The notes below the pieces were generated by a model. It was not told the origin of the DNA. It saw nothing but the letters and a program-made list of their open reading frames with translations, and did no database searches. A program made the translations under genes and the position numbers. Below, in pieces: positions 35,140 through 46,315 of a stretch of DNA of 56,448 nucleotides. Source of the DNA: a virus (lineage: Duplodnaviria; Caudoviricetes); the IMG/VR virus record IMGVR_UViG_3300038321_000147, positions 1 to 56,448 of that record. One strand, 5' to 3'. The stretch's first letter is position 1, and each line of letters starts with the position of its first letter.

Positions 35140-36204
35140 CTAAACTGTTTTCATATTTACAAATGTTGGATAGATATTCACCCCTTCAGAATTATGTGAA
35201 TGAATCAACTCTGTCACCCTTGATTTGGACATGACGCCGTATTCATTTTCTAACTGTATAATATCCCCCATGAAATAATCAACGCCGTACTTAAACATTA
35301 TAAGGTTTTCAGTCTGACCGTCAAAAACCTGACTGATCTGATGTTCACTTAACTTTTCAATACCCCGTTCTTCCAACTGAGCAAGATATTCAGCTTCGGT
35401 CAATTCCCCTTCACTCGTTCCGGTTCTTAGATCCCGGGCATCTGTGTAGAGTTCTCTTCTATCTAGTGCGGACCCTCCACCTACTGTAGTTGTACGGCGT
35501 TCAAGTCCTTCTCCCTCACCTGCTACTAGCGTAACAGTTTTCAGGTTCTTCTTAGATTCAACATAGTTAGTATTGAGTAAGTTGTCAAACCCAGGTGAGA
35601 ATACGACATACGGATTATGTATCTGGTCATAAGATCGATCCTGCCCAGCGTACAACTTGAACACAAACTTATTGTCATCAGACAAAGTAACCTTAAAACC
35701 TATTTCATTTGTTTCACATAAAGAAACGATCGCATCATATAAATTATCACCTGTAAATTGAGTGTTTATTGTAAGGGATGTAATGTTTGGATCAGATGAT
35801 GTCTCAAATATAAAGTTGTCTATTTTACGATTTGGGTCTGTCGGAGCAATGATGTTCTCATTTAATAGTTTTTGAATTCCATTTTGAAGGTTTCCAGTAA
35901 GTACCGTTTGTTGCCAAATAATTCTCCTATCAAGAATAGATTCAAGCGAACGACCGGTTACAGTTATGAAATTTCCCTCTTCGGCGTTGGTGTCAATCAT
36001 TCTATCCTCGATAATCATTATGTGTTCTGAATCCCTATGCCAAATATAATAGTCTTCTTTTAAGAGTTCTAAGGTTTTACGGTTTGCAGGTATATAAAAT
36101 TCAAAGTCTCCGAATCTGGAATATCTATCAGTCCATATCATAGACTCATAGGTGTCTAATATATCGACATCTAATAAATCTTTGTTTAAAATTCTAAACT
36201 CCAT
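35140..36204 (-). CDS. minor tail/baseplate hub protein (siphovirus Gp37-like)
   Basis: SMIWTDRY..GDFEF, VAGEGEG, RRELYTDARD, DYFMGD. Confidence 0.8.
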   Translation of the reverse strand: MEFRILNKDLLDVDILDTYESMIWTDRYSRFGDFEFYIPANRKTLELLKEDYYIWHRDSEHIMIIEDRMIDTNAEEGNFITVTGRSLESILDRRIIWQQTVLTGNLQNGIQKLLNENIIAPTDPNRKIDNFIFETSSDPNITSLTINTQFTGDNLYDAIVSLCETNEIGFKVTLSDDNKFVFKLYAGQDRSYDQIHNPYVVFSPGFDNLLNTNYVESKKNLKTVTLVAGEGEGLERRTTTVGGGSALDRRELYTDARDLRTGTSEGELTEAEYLAQLEERGIEKLSEHQISQVFDGQTENLIMFKYGVDYFMGDIIQLENEYGVMSKSRVTELIHSHNSEGVNIYPTFVNMKTV

Positions 36205-36206
36205 AA

Positions 36207-37130
36207 TTACACCCCTTCATACAACGTTTGATTCTGTATACTGAACTCGAGATTAGAGTAGCCCTCTTCTGCCATGTAGGCAAATATGTTGTCTCCCTTT
36301 GAAAGTTGGAACCAATCAACGTCCCGGTCAATACAATTGATAATGTTATAATATGTTCCGGAGCGTAATAGCGATGCGTACTTCCTACCTAGCACAGTTG
36401 ATATCATGATTGTATCACCGTTACCCATACCATTTCCTGTAAGTTCTTGTAAACGAACAGTGTCTATACGCATTGATTCATATGTTTGAGTGTTAACTAT
36501 TGACACATTTTTTACAGGTCCTAAGGCGTGTATTGTTATTAATATACCAACTTCCACATCACCCTCGTATACAATTGTTTGTTCTGACTCCTGGGTGATT
36601 AAGCCAAATTCGATTAAGTCCGATGATAATGACTCATTGGAAAATTCAAACTCAAGATTGGGCTCGATGGCATAGAATATAGATACCGTCGTTCCAGACC
36701 CACCACTAGAGTAAAAGAATGGGTCTGGACATATGATGGAAATTGATGTCCCAGCCCTATCTGAGAATATATCAGGCTCGTTGGATTCTATATACCCGTA
36801 TGTCTCACAAATTCTCTCATCTGTCTCGATCAGAAACTTGATTTGTTTCTTTATTGGAAAATACTTATATGATTTTTGACGCATTTCCTCGATTGACAAA
36901 CCAGCTTCATTGTCATGAAATATAATGTCCATTGTAATGTTTCTAGGAGTTACTTTCGCTGAATTGTATCTTGCCCCATCATTCGTGGCAAGGTCAATCA
37001 TACCTATTTCCGCCTTAGGTGGTCCTAGGCCATCAATTCTACTAATTAAAAATCCCGAAAGGTCGGGACGAGTCAGGATAATCTCATATGACTCATTTAC
37101 ATGATTTGTTATGGTTATTGATTTAATCAC
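36207..37130 (-). CDS. distal tail protein (Dit)
   Basis: Follows the TMP; IDGLGPP, CPDPFFY, WFQLSKGDN. Confidence 0.8.
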   Translation of the reverse strand: MIKSITITNHVNESYEIILTRPDLSGFLISRIDGLGPPKAEIGMIDLATNDGARYNSAKVTPRNITMDIIFHDNEAGLSIEEMRQKSYKYFPIKKQIKFLIETDERICETYGYIESNEPDIFSDRAGTSISIICPDPFFYSSGGSGTTVSIFYAIEPNLEFEFSNESLSSDLIEFGLITQESEQTIVYEGDVEVGILITIHALGPVKNVSIVNTQTYESMRIDTVRLQELTGNGMGNGDTIMISTVLGRKYASLLRSGTYYNIINCIDRDVDWFQLSKGDNIFAYMAEEGYSNLEFSIQNQTLYEGV

Positions 37131-40100
37131 TGCTCGTCACCAGTCCTTTCAAAGTAGATATTTGATTTCTTGTTTGTCTGTATATTTCAATTCTTGACAG
37201 TGCCTTAGGCGAATAATTATTTTGTGTGTAAGATACAGTTGTCCCTACCGCTGGAGTATTTTCTTTAGATGTAGTAACCGGAACTAAAGGTCGATTAAAC
37301 AATTTGGCCTTCTCTCTAGCACCACTTGATAGATTAACCTTCTGCCCACCGAATAACCTTCCAATTTCCTTACTGCCCTTTTTAATATTTGTTAAGTCTA
37401 ACACAGGCGTAATTGTTGGGTCTATATCCATGTCATCCAATATCGAGGATATGCTGGTTACAGGTGTTAATGATTCAATAGTTGCCTGCGCCAATTGCGA
37501 ACCAACATTTTTAACATCGGTCATCATACTACCAAATCCGTTGATGAATCCACCAATGGAGTGTTTACCAAGTCCGAATAATACCCTAGATGGAGACTTA
37601 ATACCTAGTACATTTTTAATTGAAGTAACAACAGCTTTTACCGTATTAACAGTTGTCTTAACTAAGCTATTAGATCCACTTTTAATGCCGTCCGCCATTC
37701 CGTCGGTAACGGCTTTACCATTTTTCCGCATCTCCTGTTCGAGCATGCTTTGAGCAACGCCCAAATCAACATCGCGGAGTTTAGCTATCTCAGCTATTTC
37801 TTCTTTATAGTCCTCCGCAAACTTTTCACGTTTCGCCCTATACGCAGCATTGTCGGCATTGACAACTGCTGAACCCATATTCTGGATTCCGTTTGCCATC
37901 TGTTTAAGTTGTCCTTGAATATCAACATTCATGGCTCTTAGTTCTTGGTCAACTTGGCCCCTCATAATTTGGATCCACTCAACAGTTACTTCGGACACTT
38001 CCTTCATACCAGCATTGAATGTATCTTTTAACTCAGACAATTGATCGGCACTTCTATTTTGAAGTTGTTCAATCTGGTCATCCGTATCTCTACGCATTCC
38101 CTCAAGTTCAAGAGTTGCTTGGCTCCTAGCTGATTGATGTTTCTGTTGCCATAACTCCACATACCGGTTGAGTTGTTCGTCGGTTAAGGAGTTTAAAGCC
38201 TCAATTTCAGCGGCCGAATTTGGACCCATTGCCTCGAGCTCATCCATCAAACCTTCTTGGATTCCTCTCTGGCCTAACTCAATTATTTGCTTACGCCAAT
38301 TATCAAAAGCTTTTACTTGATCTTCGAGATTTGTGAGAAGTTGTTCGCCATCAACAGGTTCTTTAACTTCTACTTCATCGAACATTCTATATGAATCATA
38401 CAACGTTTTGGCTCTTGATTTAACAGCATCGGTATAAGCTTTATTAAGGCTCGCGATGTCCTGAGCTAATTTATTTTTAATCTCTTTAGTTTTATTATAG
38501 TAATCTTCCTCGAGAGCCTTTCGCTTTTCAGAAATTTCTTTCTGTACTCGAAATATCTCATATTCAGCATTTTTACGTTGTTCTTCGCTGTACTCGGCGT
38601 TGTTAGCCACTCTTGTCCATGCTGCTAGTTCGTTCATTATATTGAGTCGTCCATACTTTCTCTCAGTCTCTATCCAATTCATAGAGTTCTGATGTGCGGC
38701 ATTTTGTAACTCTTGTTTTAACCTAAATATCTCTCTTTCAGCCTGCATACGATATTCATGGCCTTCTTCATACCTAGCCTGAACACGTTCCCAAGCTGCT
38801 AATTCGTCTAATAAACTTAGACGTTTATAATATTTTTCTTCGTCAATCCATCGCTTAGAATTATCGAACTTTAACTTATTAAGTTCTTTATCGGCCTTGA
38901 GACGTATCTCAGTACCTTCTTTATACTTCTTAGCAAAGTTTTCCCACTCGGCTATTTCTTCTTCGATGGTTATCTGATTATATTCTTTACGTTTATTTAT
39001 ACCTTCTTTAAAAATTTCGAAAGCATCCTTAGATGCTGCGGCACTAGAACTTCGAACACCTTGGCCAACGGTAGAATCGAATCCTTCAACGAATCCATCT
39101 CCAGACTCAACCCCAAGACTTTCTCCGCCTTCTTTGGCTTCCGTCTTCAAACCTAACGTTTCAATTATAGCACCAAATTTTTCAGTTAGGGCACTTTCAC
39201 CGTTCGTAAGGTTAGTGAGCCACCCGTTAATAGTTTCATCGCCGAGATCCAATCCAAGCTTTTCTGCAAGTTTCAAAGCTGCACCTTTGCCGCCTTCAAT
39301 TCCATCACCGATTCCGCCTAAATATTTTGTCCCAAGCCTGAAAGCCTTTTGACCTAGTGTTTCGTCGGTAATATCCAGAACATCCTGAGCCATTGCACCA
39401 CTCGCGGCAACAGCAAGATGCGTATCCTGTTCGATACCAATCGCAAGTCCTCGCGGTAAGAATTGACCATCTCTAGTCATTTCCCTTGCCGGACTATGGA
39501 TATCGAATGTTCTTCTAGAACCTAATAATACTTCATTGGACATGGCAATTATAGCCTTTACAGCTTCACCTTTATTGGCTACTATACCATCTCTCAGGCC
39601 GAATACTATATTCGCTCCAAGTTGTTTGAAGTCGTCAATAACCCCGGTGGACTGTCGAACCGCATTTCTAAATAGATCTGAAAATACAGTCACAAGCCGA
39701 TCCTTTTTCTGACTAACAGTGCTTATAGTTGAGTTTAGGAAATCTAACATTGTTGCTTGGAACGGTACTTTATTGGCGTTAAAGCTTTCCGTTGCACTAA
39801 CTAATGCGGCCCCACCAAATCCTGCGAATGTTTCATTGACTCTGTTAAGTGCGTCCATCGCTGGGTCAACGATTGAGAAGTCAACATCTTTTAGAGCCTT
39901 TACGAACTTCTTAATGTCTTGTGCGATTGAAACTGCATTACCAAGGCCTTTCACACCATCGCCAAATGAAACTGATTTAATACGACTTATCGACTCGGCA
40001 AACTGGGCTAAACCTTCACCAGTCTGTGTTAGAAATTCTACGTTGAATCCACCAAGAAGAGCACCGGCAAATCTACCGAGGCCCGATGCAATTGAGATTA

Positions 40101-43100
40101 ATTTTTCGATACCACTTTCAAGAATATCATTGCCACCAAATAGTTTATCTAACGCCCATGCCAAGGTGGCAAAAGCGGCGACAACTAATCCTACACCCGC
40201 AATAGCAGTAAGGACGCCACCAATCGCAGGTACGAAACCTGTACCTAGTGCCTGGAACGTAGGACCTAATAACGCCATACCAGCGACCAGTAAGCCGACA
40301 ACCCCTAGACCAACTACAAGTTTTCCGACGTCATCCCAGTTCATGTCCTTAATGGTTGGTAATACCCACTTTATAGCGTAAAACATACCAGCTGTTGCAG
40401 CGATTGCCGCGGCAGCTCCAACAAATCCTGGAACCAGAGATTGAAGGCTTGTTTTCCAGCTACCTGATTCGGTATTAGCTAACTTTGAGAACGCGATAAT
40501 CAAGGTTGTAACTGCCGCCATACCAGCTGTAAATATAGCAATGTCTGTCCAAGTCATATCCCTTGTTATACCGGATACCATTTTGATTGTTCCGAGAAGG
40601 GCTACGGTTCCAATAAGCACGGCACCTAAAACGAGTAGGCCAGTTAATAAAATATTCTTAATACCCGCTAAACCTTTTAAGTTCTCCGACATTAGGGAGA
40701 AACCCTTTGTCATTATACCAATTCCTACGCCCATCGCACCGATCGCAACAGCCGCGATACCCAAGGATATAGATGCTTGTCTTAAAGCCTCCTGATCAAC
40801 CATAGTGCTTAGTAAAGCAAGTGAGCCGGTTAAGGCTATTATTGCTACACTTATACCTATTAGCGGCATGAACATACTAGCATCACCACTAATGTCTGCC
40901 GCCATCGCCGTCATAAATTGGATGGCCCCAATCATAAGAACCATTCGTTCTATGGCGACCATACCTTGGTCGAGAACACCTTTTGGTAAGGTACCAAGTA
41001 TCGCGATAACACCTGTGAAAGATAGTAGTGTGAGTGTCACAGCTCCGAGAATCCTCTGCACTTTGGCACCACCAGCAATACGAGCTGCGGTTGCTGTGAG
41101 TAGTTCTATCGCCACGATAATACCTGTCATTTTTGCAATCTTCGTAATACCATTATCGAATTCACCCTCTGGTCTACTATTAAGTATCGCAATTAAGGCT
41201 ATCATGGCCCCCATACCAATACTCATGGAGAGGATATTAGATTTGAGTTTGTTACCACCGCTTATCATAGCGGCTACACCGAACATTACTTCGAGGGCTG
41301 CTAATATAAGACCAATTCCGAACAAGTTATTAATACCCTGCGACATCTCTGTTAAATCGATATTAGAGAGTATTTTCATAACTCCTAATATTGCTAAAAT
41401 TCCACCGGATAATCCTAGCATACTTGTTGCGAGTTTATGACCACCAGTGATTCTAGCCGCCACCGAGAATAATATTTGTATACCACTCATTACTAGGAGT
41501 ATTTCAGCAAGTTTATTTAATCCATCCCTAATATTATCGAGTTCTGATGAATGTAGAAGTTTTAGAACGCCTATCAACCCTAGTAGTCCCGCAGACATTC
41601 CAATCAGACTCGCTGGTAACTTACCTTGTCCCGGTATAGTACTAATTACTGCATATAGGGCTTGGTATGATACTAGAAATACCAGTAGTTTATCTAAAAC
41701 TTTAACGGCCTCATTAATACCATCAGATTCAATAGATGAGATAAGTTTCAAGGCCCCGGCCATTATAAGTAAACCACTAGCCACCCCCATAAGGTTCAGA
41801 CTGGATTTAACCATCTCAGTACCTTTTAGGAGTTTTGTAGTTCCGACATTTATCATTTGGAATGCACCATAGGCTCCGATAAATATACCAATCGCCCAGG
41901 CCAATCCTTTTAAACCAGTTTTCAATTGTTCCCATGGAACTTGTGATAACACATATAAACTGCCCGCCAACAAACTAAATGAGACGGCCATGTCTTTAAT
42001 CTTCAATTGACTACCGAATAGTTTCTTTGAGAATTTAGTTACAAAACCGCTCGCTGCATTTGTAATCTTAGTCATTGCCCCAAGCATTTGTGTTAATTGG
42101 TTAACAAATAGTAGCAGAATTCCACCCGTTGCAACTGCAGTTATTTTACCAAAATCTAATGTTTTTAACATCTCACCAAAATCACCGATGCCTCCAGTTG
42201 CCTTATTAATTATAAAATCAATAAAGTCCTTGAGGATACCAAGGAACCCTGATATAATACCCCTATTTTTCTCACCAAATTTTGATTCTATGAAAGTGGA
42301 TAACTTTTTCAAAGCATTAATGAAACCATCAAATGCGACATTCGATACCATTTTGATTGTTTGGACGATACCACCAAACATCTTACTAATCGCCTTACCA
42401 ATGTATTCTATTGGCTTTTCCGCAGATAGTAATCCGTCGACAAAGTCGAGTAAGAATGAAATGACGCCACTTAATACATCCCGAACGAAGGCCATTGAAG
42501 TCCTGAGGGTTTTCATCCCAGCCTCGAAGATACCAGATTGTTTTATTAATTGGGTTATGACAAATAAGAAGTCCCCGACGTTCGCGGTAAGTTCTAAGAA
42601 AGTACCATTAAAAGGAACTATAATTCTAACAACTTCGAAGAACGCTTCCCCTAAAAACTTAACGACCGTCCAACCTAAGTCTAGAACTGAGAATAAACCC
42701 CGAAAGGTTCTCTGAATTCGATCAGCTGTTTGGTCGGAAATTATTAAGTTACTCGTAAAGTTCTTAAGCGAACCGATCATATCGGCCCATTGTTTGGCTG
42801 TCTTTGGTGGGAATATTGAATCAAAGGCCCTAGATATTGATTGTAGTGGTTTTAGTATTGCTATGGCGGTATTCTTTAATGTTTGGAAGATGTCGGAGAT
42901 ACCACCAAGCTCTTTAATATCTTGCAATAGCTCATTTCGACTTTCTGCACCCGATGCAAACGTTTGCCATAGGATTTCAGTTAGTGCGGAGAAGTTAGCT
43001 TTAGCTTCGTTCAAGGTTCCGAATATGATTTCATAGGTTTGTAGCCACCCGGAAGAAACTGCGTCCTTGGTTGCCTCTATGGAGTCGTGGAATGACTTAG

Positions 43101-44028
43101 ACTCTTGGGCTGCCTTAAAAGCCGCATTACCTATTGTATCGAGTATATCGGCATATTTATCAGCATGCTCATCCATGTAATCCATAGCTTGCATAGCTGT
43201 GTCAAAACCCATTTCCTCTTGAACTTCTTGTACCTTCTCGGAATACTCACCATACTGTTCAAGTGTTTTTAATAACACATCATTGGTGAACCATTTCTCT
43301 CGAAGATTTGTATCGAAGTTCTGAATTGTAACTTGACCTTTTTTGATTGCCCCAGTGGCCTCTGCAACACCTATCGCAATTTGCTTAAACATTACGGTGT
43401 TCATGTTCTGATTCATAATCGATCGCCAGTTCATAGTATCGACATAACCCATACTAATCGCTTGTGAAAGGTTAAACATTGCGATAGACGCGGCTTGAGT
43501 GTTCTTACCAGAATGGGCCGCCCATGTGGCAATACCCTTCATCGCTCTCTCGGAAGTATGTAGATCTACTCCGGCAGATATAAACTTTGCCATATTACCA
43601 GCCATGTCTGAGAAACTATAGCTGGTTTCATCCGAGAACCACATTAGTTTTTGCATTGACTTCTCAACTTCTTCAAAGTCATATCCTGCAGATACCATTG
43701 TTTGAACCGCTTCGATCTTTTGTTGATATTTACTTAGTCCCGCGGTTAATTGATCAACACTAAGGCTTTTGACTAAATTAGTGCCGGCATTAACAGCCAT
43801 TTCACCAATACGCCTTAATGCCCCGATACCGATTTGTTCCATCATTGAGAAGGACCGTGAAATCGATCCTATGGAATCCTCTAAACCGTTAAAACTTTTA
43901 CCGGTTCCAGTATTTTTTAATGCGTTTGAGAATTCCTTTAATGAATTCTTTGATTCTAAAATACCTTTCTCAAACTTGTGATTCTCGAAAGACATTTCAA
44001 CAATTCTTTGATCGATTTTATTGCTCAT
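37123..44028 (-). CDS. tape measure protein
   Basis: ~2300 aa helical, Ala/Gly/Leu-rich; IHSPAR and IKSPSR motifs; start corrected to MSNKID. Confidence 0.9.
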   Translation of the reverse strand: MSNKIDQRIVEMSFENHKFEKGILESKNSLKEFSNALKNTGTGKSFNGLEDSIGSISRSFSMMEQIGIGALRRIGEMAVNAGTNLVKSLSVDQLTAGLSKYQQKIEAVQTMVSAGYDFEEVEKSMQKLMWFSDETSYSFSDMAGNMAKFISAGVDLHTSERAMKGIATWAAHSGKNTQAASIAMFNLSQAISMGYVDTMNWRSIMNQNMNTVMFKQIAIGVAEATGAIKKGQVTIQNFDTNLREKWFTNDVLLKTLEQYGEYSEKVQEVQEEMGFDTAMQAMDYMDEHADKYADILDTIGNAAFKAAQESKSFHDSIEATKDAVSSGWLQTYEIIFGTLNEAKANFSALTEILWQTFASGAESRNELLQDIKELGGISDIFQTLKNTAIAILKPLQSISRAFDSIFPPKTAKQWADMIGSLKNFTSNLIISDQTADRIQRTFRGLFSVLDLGWTVVKFLGEAFFEVVRIIVPFNGTFLELTANVGDFLFVITQLIKQSGIFEAGMKTLRTSMAFVRDVLSGVISFLLDFVDGLLSAEKPIEYIGKAISKMFGGIVQTIKMVSNVAFDGFINALKKLSTFIESKFGEKNRGIISGFLGILKDFIDFIINKATGGIGDFGEMLKTLDFGKITAVATGGILLLFVNQLTQMLGAMTKITNAASGFVTKFSKKLFGSQLKIKDMAVSFSLLAGSLYVLSQVPWEQLKTGLKGLAWAIGIFIGAYGAFQMINVGTTKLLKGTEMVKSSLNLMGVASGLLIMAGALKLISSIESDGINEAVKVLDKLLVFLVSYQALYAVISTIPGQGKLPASLIGMSAGLLGLIGVLKLLHSSELDNIRDGLNKLAEILLVMSGIQILFSVAARITGGHKLATSMLGLSGGILAILGVMKILSNIDLTEMSQGINNLFGIGLILAALEVMFGVAAMISGGNKLKSNILSMSIGMGAMIALIAILNSRPEGEFDNGITKIAKMTGIIVAIELLTATAARIAGGAKVQRILGAVTLTLLSFTGVIAILGTLPKGVLDQGMVAIERMVLMIGAIQFMTAMAADISGDASMFMPLIGISVAIIALTGSLALLSTMVDQEALRQASISLGIAAVAIGAMGVGIGIMTKGFSLMSENLKGLAGIKNILLTGLLVLGAVLIGTVALLGTIKMVSGITRDMTWTDIAIFTAGMAAVTTLIIAFSKLANTESGSWKTSLQSLVPGFVGAAAAIAATAGMFYAIKWVLPTIKDMNWDDVGKLVVGLGVVGLLVAGMALLGPTFQALGTGFVPAIGGVLTAIAGVGLVVAAFATLAWALDKLFGGNDILESGIEKLISIASGLGRFAGALLGGFNVEFLTQTGEGLAQFAESISRIKSVSFGDGVKGLGNAVSIAQDIKKFVKALKDVDFSIVDPAMDALNRVNETFAGFGGAALVSATESFNANKVPFQATMLDFLNSTISTVSQKKDRLVTVFSDLFRNAVRQSTGVIDDFKQLGANIVFGLRDGIVANKGEAVKAIIAMSNEVLLGSRRTFDIHSPAREMTRDGQFLPRGLAIGIEQDTHLAVAASGAMAQDVLDITDETLGQKAFRLGTKYLGGIGDGIEGGKGAALKLAEKLGLDLGDETINGWLTNLTNGESALTEKFGAIIETLGLKTEAKEGGESLGVESGDGFVEGFDSTVGQGVRSSSAAASKDAFEIFKEGINKRKEYNQITIEEEIAEWENFAKKYKEGTEIRLKADKELNKLKFDNSKRWIDEEKYYKRLSLLDELAAWERVQARYEEGHEYRMQAEREIFRLKQELQNAAHQNSMNWIETERKYGRLNIMNELAAWTRVANNAEYSEEQRKNAEYEIFRVQKEISEKRKALEEDYYNKTKEIKNKLAQDIASLNKAYTDAVKSRAKTLYDSYRMFDEVEVKEPVDGEQLLTNLEDQVKAFDNWRKQIIELGQRGIQEGLMDELEAMGPNSAAEIEALNSLTDEQLNRYVELWQQKHQSARSQATLELEGMRRDTDDQIEQLQNRSADQLSELKDTFNAGMKEVSEVTVEWIQIMRGQVDQELRAMNVDIQGQLKQMANGIQNMGSAVVNADNAAYRAKREKFAEDYKEEIAEIAKLRDVDLGVAQSMLEQEMRKNGKAVTDGMADGIKSGSNSLVKTTVNTVKAVVTSIKNVLGIKSPSRVLFGLGKHSIGGFINGFGSMMTDVKNVGSQLAQATIESLTPVTSISSILDDMDIDPTITPVLDLTNIKKGSKEIGRLFGGQKVNLSSGAREKAKLFNRPLVPVTTSKENTPAVGTTVSYTQNNYSPKALSRIEIYRQTRNQISTLKGLVTSSD

Positions 44029-44396
44029 AACTTCTGCACCTCCTTCCAACATTCTTGGGCGATCGCCTCAAAAATTGGACGTAACGCGGGATTGATATAA
44101 TCAATGCCCTCAACGTAGACCCCAGATTTTGTACCATGCCCATATTGTATAAGGAGTGCAACGGAATAACCATTTTGTATATTTGAGTTATTAAAGCCAA
44201 TTCCCCAGTTCTCTATAGTGTATGACCAGCTGTTGGCAGTTAGACCACTATCTTTCGGAGTTGCCGCCCTAAGTGCTTCGACACCTTGTGCTCCATATCT
44301 CTCGAACGCGGTTCTAAGCCTACGACTGAGATTTTTGCTGTTATCGAAGAATTGTTCGGCATTTCTAAAAGAACCCTTTTGAGTCATTTTAATCAT
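44025..44396 (-). CDS. HK97 gp10-like tail completion protein
   Basis: ATPKDSGLTANSW, QYGHGT, YINPA. Confidence 0.75.
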   Translation of the reverse strand: MIKMTQKGSFRNAEQFFDNSKNLSRRLRTAFERYGAQGVEALRAATPKDSGLTANSWSYTIENWGIGFNNSNIQNGYSVALLIQYGHGTKSGVYVEGIDYINPALRPIFEAIAQECWKEVQKL

Positions 44397-44417
44397 GCTT
44401 CTATTCTCCTCTATTTA

Positions 44418-44855
44418 TTATAAACAGTTAATCTTCTTTTGGTACTCTTGATGTAGTTTGTCATATTCTTCATTGGAAACAATCTGCCAAGTCTTTTTTC
44501 TTTCCCACCAAATTTCCTCTTCACCATTTCCGTGAAGCGTCTTATATGCATCATGTATTTTTGTTTGTACTGAGCATTCGTCATCTGTCCAAGCGGAAAG
44601 ATCTCTATTATCTTTAAAGGATTGGTATAAAGTATTTCGCAACATCGCTAAAAGTGCATTATTTTGATCTGTTTGGAGACTTCCTAAATTTTTCAGCTCT
44701 TCCTGAATGTTTTTAACGTGACCTGGTAATTGTTTCAACGAATTGAATTCCTGGTCAACCTTAGAAAACCTTTTAAGTATTCCAAGTTTCTCTAACACTG
44801 TTACGATTGTGATTATCCCAGCACAAATACTAATTATTGTTTGCCATAATTCCAT
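44418..44855 (-). CDS. holin-like membrane protein
   Basis: N-terminal TM, coiled coil, YKTLHGNG; adjacent to the endolysin. Confidence 0.55.
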   Translation of the reverse strand: MELWQTIISICAGIITIVTVLEKLGILKRFSKVDQEFNSLKQLPGHVKNIQEELKNLGSLQTDQNNALLAMLRNTLYQSFKDNRDLSAWTDDECSVQTKIHDAYKTLHGNGEEEIWWERKKTWQIVSNEEYDKLHQEYQKKINCL

Positions 44856-44859
44856 CTAG

Positions 44860-45759
44860 TCACCTCATCTTCTTCACGAAATCGAGGGATATCCATCCCG
44901 CGCCACTCTTAAGTCTTCCCCATTTTGAAGCTCCTGGACCGTCTGATTCCTCGACTATTGTGAAGACTTCGTTGCGATGAACTACGCCATTAATGGGGTG
45001 ATTCATTCCTGGCCCACGTCTATAATTTAAAGCATATGTATCGATTACGACAAGATATGGAAATTTCGGAAGAATGATCTCGGGTTTATACAAAATTTTA
45101 TTAACCTCGTCCGCGACCATTCCAAGATTTTCATAAATATATTCTCCTGGACATTCTCGTGGTGAGAACCATCTATGAACCGTTATATTTTGTTTGTCGA
45201 TTTGACCGATTAATGACTTATCGGCTTTCCATAGGAGTTTTGGTATGTTGTTCCTTGAACAGATGTCCACACATAAATTAATTAGACCGTTTAAGGCTTT
45301 ATCTGTGATTTTGTATGGATAGAAATTATCGGAAGCTATTTCGATTGTAATAGCTCTCTGGTCGTTTGACTCGGACGAGCTACACCACGAACGATTCTTT
45401 TCTTCAACATACATCCCAACATTACCATGATCATCTATACCGTAATTGGAACTTGCTCGGCGTTCTATCGGGGCGAATATATTACCTAGTGTTTGGAGGG
45501 ATGCGTGACCAACCACGCAATGCGGAGTAATCGTGTCAATTTTGCGAGTTCGTAAACCCGAATTATTTGGAGATAATCTAGTGTAGGAGACTAGAGGTGA
45601 GTTGCTCATTTCAGGTATATCGTCCATAAGGTGATCTACCTGATATTCGTCTTTTCCTTTGTTGTCGGTTAGCCATATTAATGATGGTAAACATTGTTCG
45701 CAGGTGTCTTGTTCTTCGACGCCTGGTATGAAATCTTTTGTGCATAGAGAACATTTCAT
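44860..45759 (-). CDS. endolysin: N-acetylmuramoyl-L-alanine amidase + SH3b
   Basis: ITPHC, ASSNY, AITIE, HRWF..ECPG; C-terminal LNYRRGPG..WGRLKSGAGWISL. Confidence 0.9.
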   Translation of the reverse strand: MKCSLCTKDFIPGVEEQDTCEQCLPSLIWLTDNKGKDEYQVDHLMDDIPEMSNSPLVSYTRLSPNNSGLRTRKIDTITPHCVVGHASLQTLGNIFAPIERRASSNYGIDDHGNVGMYVEEKNRSWCSSSESNDQRAITIEIASDNFYPYKITDKALNGLINLCVDICSRNNIPKLLWKADKSLIGQIDKQNITVHRWFSPRECPGEYIYENLGMVADEVNKILYKPEIILPKFPYLVVIDTYALNYRRGPGMNHPINGVVHRNEVFTIVEESDGPGASKWGRLKSGAGWISLDFVKKMR

Positions 45760-45764
45760 ACTTG

Positions 45765-46304
45765 TTACCCCCTTGAGTTGTATTTCGCCCGACGGGCTGC
45801 ATTTTGTTCAGCATAGTAAGCCGAGGTCTCTCTCTTTGTCATCTTTTGTTTCGGACCACTCTCCAAATCACATACACGTAACAATGTGAACAGTCGGGTT
45901 AAATGCCACTTTTGACATTCTATCGGGATATTGTTCGCGAACATTCGGGAATAGATGACCTCTGCCGTTATTACTTTTTTTTCAGTTTTTAAATTCTTCT
46001 TGGAAAATGTCGTGGCTGTCATTGGATTGTCGATATATGATTTAATTTCCAGTATGTTTTCGACCGATAGTGCTTTTAGGATATCTTCATTTGGTACGTT
46101 GCCTATTATCATGCAGCGAATATAATCTAATTCCTGCTCTGCTGTTTTTTCGACATCGCTAAGATATGGTGTATGCCATTTCGACTCCCATTTCGCTAAT
46201 GATATTAAAGAATGCTCGAGTGTTAGCGTACAAGGTGGAGTAGTAATAAATCTGTTTTGTTGTTGATTGTAAAATTCCTTTGCTTCGATAATGATCTCAA
46301 GCAT
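45765..46304 (-). CDS. tail assembly chaperone-like protein
   Basis: Position; LEHSLISLAKWESKW, KWHLTRL. Confidence 0.65.
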   Translation of the reverse strand: MLEIIIEAKEFYNQQQNRFITTPPCTLTLEHSLISLAKWESKWHTPYLSDVEKTAEQELDYIRCMIIGNVPNEDILKALSVENILEIKSYIDNPMTATTFSKKNLKTEKKVITAEVIYSRMFANNIPIECQKWHLTRLFTLLRVCDLESGPKQKMTKRETSAYYAEQNAARRAKYNSRG

Positions 46305-46315
46305 TCTTAGACCCC

